In this document: positions 60,901 through 64,000 of the stretch, in pieces
Numbering within the stretch: the stretch's first letter is position 1
How the letters are laid out: the number at the start of each line of letters is the position of its first letter
NCBI GenBank assembly: GCA_907165135.1
Contig: CAJRAX010000007.1
Span: 1 to 64,000 of the forward strand
Direction: 5' to 3'
Source: Oikopleura dioica
Lineage: Eukaryota; Animalia; Chordata
Length of the DNA: 64,000 bases
Position numbers and translations under genes: made by a program
Notes under the pieces: model-generated
Seen by the model: the letters and a program-made list of their open reading frames with translations, nothing else
Databases searched by the model: none
Told to the model about the DNA's origin: nothing

Positions 60901-63153
60901 ATCAGAATTTTTATTTATTTATTTTTATTTTAATGAACTGTAAATCATCTGAAAACGCCAAAAAACGCATCAGAATTTTTCTTAATTTTTTTCGATTTTT
61001 TTGAACTGTAAATTATCTGAAAACGCCAAAAAACGCATCAGAATTTTTTTTAATTTTTTTTTGTATTTTTATGAACTGTTAATCATCTAAAAACGCCAAA
61101 AAACGCATCAGAATTTTTCTTAATTTTTTTCGATTTTTTTAAACTGTCAATTATCTGAAAACGCCGAAAATGCATCAGAATTTATATTAATTTTTTTTTT
61201 ATTTTTATGAATTGTAAATCATCTAATACGGCAAAAAACGCATCAGAATTTTTCTCAATTTTTTTGTTTATTTCTATGAACTGTTAATCATCTGAAAACG
61301 CCAAAAAACGCATCAGAATTTTTTTTAATTTTTTTTTGTATTTTTATGAACTGTTAATCATCTAAAAACGCCAAAAAACGCATCAGAATTTTTCTTAATT
61401 TTTTTCGATTTTTTTTTACCGTCAATTATCTGAAAACGCGAAAAAAAATGCATCAGAATTTCTATTTATTTTTTTTTTATTTTTATGAATTGTAAATCAT
61501 CTAATACGGCAAAAAACGCATCAGAATTTTTCACAATTTTGTTGTTTATTTCTATGAACTGTAAATCATCTGAAAACGCTCAAAATGGCATCAGAATTTT
61601 TCTTTATTTTTTTATTATTTTTATGAACTGTAAATCATCTGAAAACGCAAAACAACGCATCAGAATTTCGATTAATTTTTTTTTTATTTTTATGAACTGT
61701 AAATCATCTGAAAACGCAAAAAAACGCATCAGAATTTTTCTTTATTTTTTTATTATTTTTATGAACTGTAAATCATCTGAAAACGCAAAAAACGCATCAG
61801 AATTTTTATTTATTTATTTTTATTTTTATGAACTGTAAATCATCTGAAAACGCCAAAAAACGCATCAGAATTTTTCTTAATTTTTTTCGATTTTTTTTGA
61901 ACTGTAAATTATCTGAAAACGCCAAAAAACGCATCAGAATTTTTTTTATTTTTTATTTTTATGAACTGTAAATCATCTGAAAACGCAAAAAAACGCATCA
62001 GAATTTTTTTTAATTTTTTTTTTATTTTTATGAATTGTACATCATCTGAAAACGCCAAAAAACGCATCAGAATTTTTCTTAATTTTTTTTTGATTTTTTG
62101 AACTGTTAATTATCTAAAAACGCCAAAAAACGCATCAGAAATTTTTTTCAATTTTTGTTTTTATTTTTTTGAACTGTAAATCATCTGAAAACGCCAAAAA
62201 ACGCATCAGAATTTTTCTTAATTTTTTCGATTTTTTGAGCTGTAAATTATCTAAAACGCCAAAAACGCATCAGAATTTTTCTTAATTTTTTCGATTTTTT
62301 GAACTGTAAATCATCTGTAACCGCCAAAAACGCATCAGAATTTTTTAATTTTTTATTTTTATGAATTGTAAATCATCTGAAAACGCCAAAAACGCATCAG
62401 AATTTTTCTTAATTTTTTCGATTTTTTGAACTGTAAATCATCTGAAAACGCCAAAAACGCATCAGAATTTTTTTAATTTTTTATTTTTATGAATTGTAAA
62501 TCATCTAAAAACGCCAAAAAACGCATCAGAATTTTTCTTAATTTTTTTCGATTTTTTTGAACTGTAAATCATCTGAAAACGCCAAAAAATGCATCAGAAT
62601 TTTTTTTAATTTTTTTTTTTTATTTTTATGAACTGTAAATCATCTGAAAACGCAAAAAAACGCATCAGAATTTTTATTTATTTTTTTTTAATTTATTGAA
62701 CTGTTAATCATCTAAAAACGCAAAAAAACGCATAAGAATTGATATTTATTTTTTTTTATTTTTATGAACTGTAAATCATCTGAAAACGCCAAAAAACGCA
62801 TCAGAATTTCTTTTTTTTATTTTTATGAACTGTAAATTATCTGAAAACGCCAAAAAACGCATCAGAATTTTTTAATTTTTTTATTTTTATGAACTGTAAA
62901 TCATCTGAAAACGCCAAAAACGCATCAGAATTTTTTTCTTATTTTTATGAACTGTAAATCATCTGAAAACGCCAAAAACGCATCAGAATTTTTCTTAATT
63001 TTTTCGATTTTTTGAACTGTAAATTATCTGAAAACGCCAAAAAACGCATCAGAATTTTTTAATTTTTTATTTTTATGAACTGTAAATCATCTGAGAACGC
63101 CAAAAAACGCATCAGAATTTTTCTTAATTTTTTTTCGATTTTTTTGAACTGTA
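54946..63153. repeat. Satellite array, block 4
   Basis: Same monomer; continues the higher-order phase interrupted by E2 and contains a ~3-kb internal duplication. Confidence 0.97.
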
Positions 63154-64000
63154 TGATAATAATAGGCAAAAGAACAATACAAAAAATCGAAAAAAAAATT
63201 ATTCTTTATCACGGCCCGTTTTCGCCAATTCGGATAATTATTTGCATGAAAATCACGAATGCGTTAAATCGGACATTGGAGCCAGTTCGAATTCTGCTGG
63301 TAAAAATGAGACCATTTTTATCTTATTTTTGTAACGTACGCGTTATCACAAAACTCTGAAGGCACATTAGCCACCCGCTTATGCGGTTTTGTTAACCCTT
63401 TTCAGTATTTCTAGGATTCCGAATTTATTCTTTGCTCAAATTTAATTTCACCTTTCTTAACTTATTTTGAACTTTCAATTTATCCTGTAAGTATCTACTG
63501 AACGATTCTCGCTGGACTCATCCCCTTCCCTTACTCGACAAGCTGTATGGACTTTCATCCTCTCGCAGAGTTCCGCTTTTGCGGCTTGACACTGTGACCC
63601 CGTGCCCCGCGGGATGGCGGTGTCAGTAAGTGCTCCGAGGTAGGCGACGTTTGTATGAACACTTTTTCGGCTCGATTTAAGACGACTGGCCCTCTTCTTG
63701 GATAACGACGAAAATGCGGCTTCAACAACTTCGACAGCTTCGACAACTACGACTACTACGACTTGGACAAATGCTATGGACTGACAACGATTATGGAACT
63801 GGAATCAGCAAAAATACTTATCAGAATGTGATATGGTCACATAGTGAGAAGTTGATCATTCTGATTAGTAATTATTGGCAACGAGCGGCTTTATTTTTGG
63901 GAACGAAAAATATCGAAAGAAGAAAACATGGAAGAAAATCGGTGCAACTTTCGCGGCGCCATATTTGGAAAGAAAATAAACACGCGAAATGCGTGAAATC
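63154..64000 (+). mobile_element. E3: LTR (partial, runs off right edge) of an element related to E2
   Basis: Starts TGATA right after satellite gaactgta. Shares TCACGGCC...CGCCAATTCGG and the 19-mer GGTCACATAGTGAGAAGTT with the E2 LTR. Confidence 0.8.

Noticed and set aside
7032-63359. Dozens of short ORFs of type MNCKSSENAKKRIRIF / MRFLAFSDDLQFIK
   Set aside because: Translations of satellite monomers; their length depends only on homopolymer phase.
63587-63601. Inverted GGTCACAG-TG motif inside the E3 LTR as a nested element end
   Set aside because: Only ~10 nt match and the GGACCCAT half is absent; insufficient support.
63819-63823. TATCA as the end of the E3 LTR
   Set aside because: Not followed by TGG or a TSD, and the box shared with the E2 LTR interior lies downstream, so the LTR continues past the window.

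Overview
Eukaryotic, AT-rich, heterochromatin-like window with no ordinary host genes. About 41 kb is one tandem satellite (monomer about 60-68 bp, core GAACTGTAAATCATCTGAAAACGCCAAAAAACGCATCAGAA plus a T-rich tail) running from about 3.08 to 63.15 kb. Five Ty3/gypsy-type LTR retrotransposon pieces flank or interrupt it. E0 (minus, 3' end only, 1-~1460). E4 (minus, LTR plus truncated gag, 21374-23185). E1 (minus, gag-pol-env with a partial tandem second copy, 29874-39378). E2 (plus, full length, near-identical 1.2-kb LTRs, CTGTA target-site duplication, 46934-54945). E3 (plus, LTR running off the window from 63154). The gag-pol-env layout resembles the Tor elements of the tunicate Oikopleura, but the host identity is only an inference. 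The best candidate for a new system is a lineage of satellite-resident gypsy elements with three shared traits: a tandem helix-extension-helix (SAP/LEM-like) module at the end of integrase where chromoviruses carry a chromodomain, insertion at nearly one phase of the satellite monomer, and a conserved GACC-N7-GGTC hairpin in place of a polypurine tract. Other notable items are a U3 module duplicated upstream of env, a ~330-nt structured minus-strand RNA candidate, and a 288-bp array-flank unit amplified inside the array. Most frameshifts fall in homopolymer runs and look like sequencing errors. All alignments and counts were done by eye.
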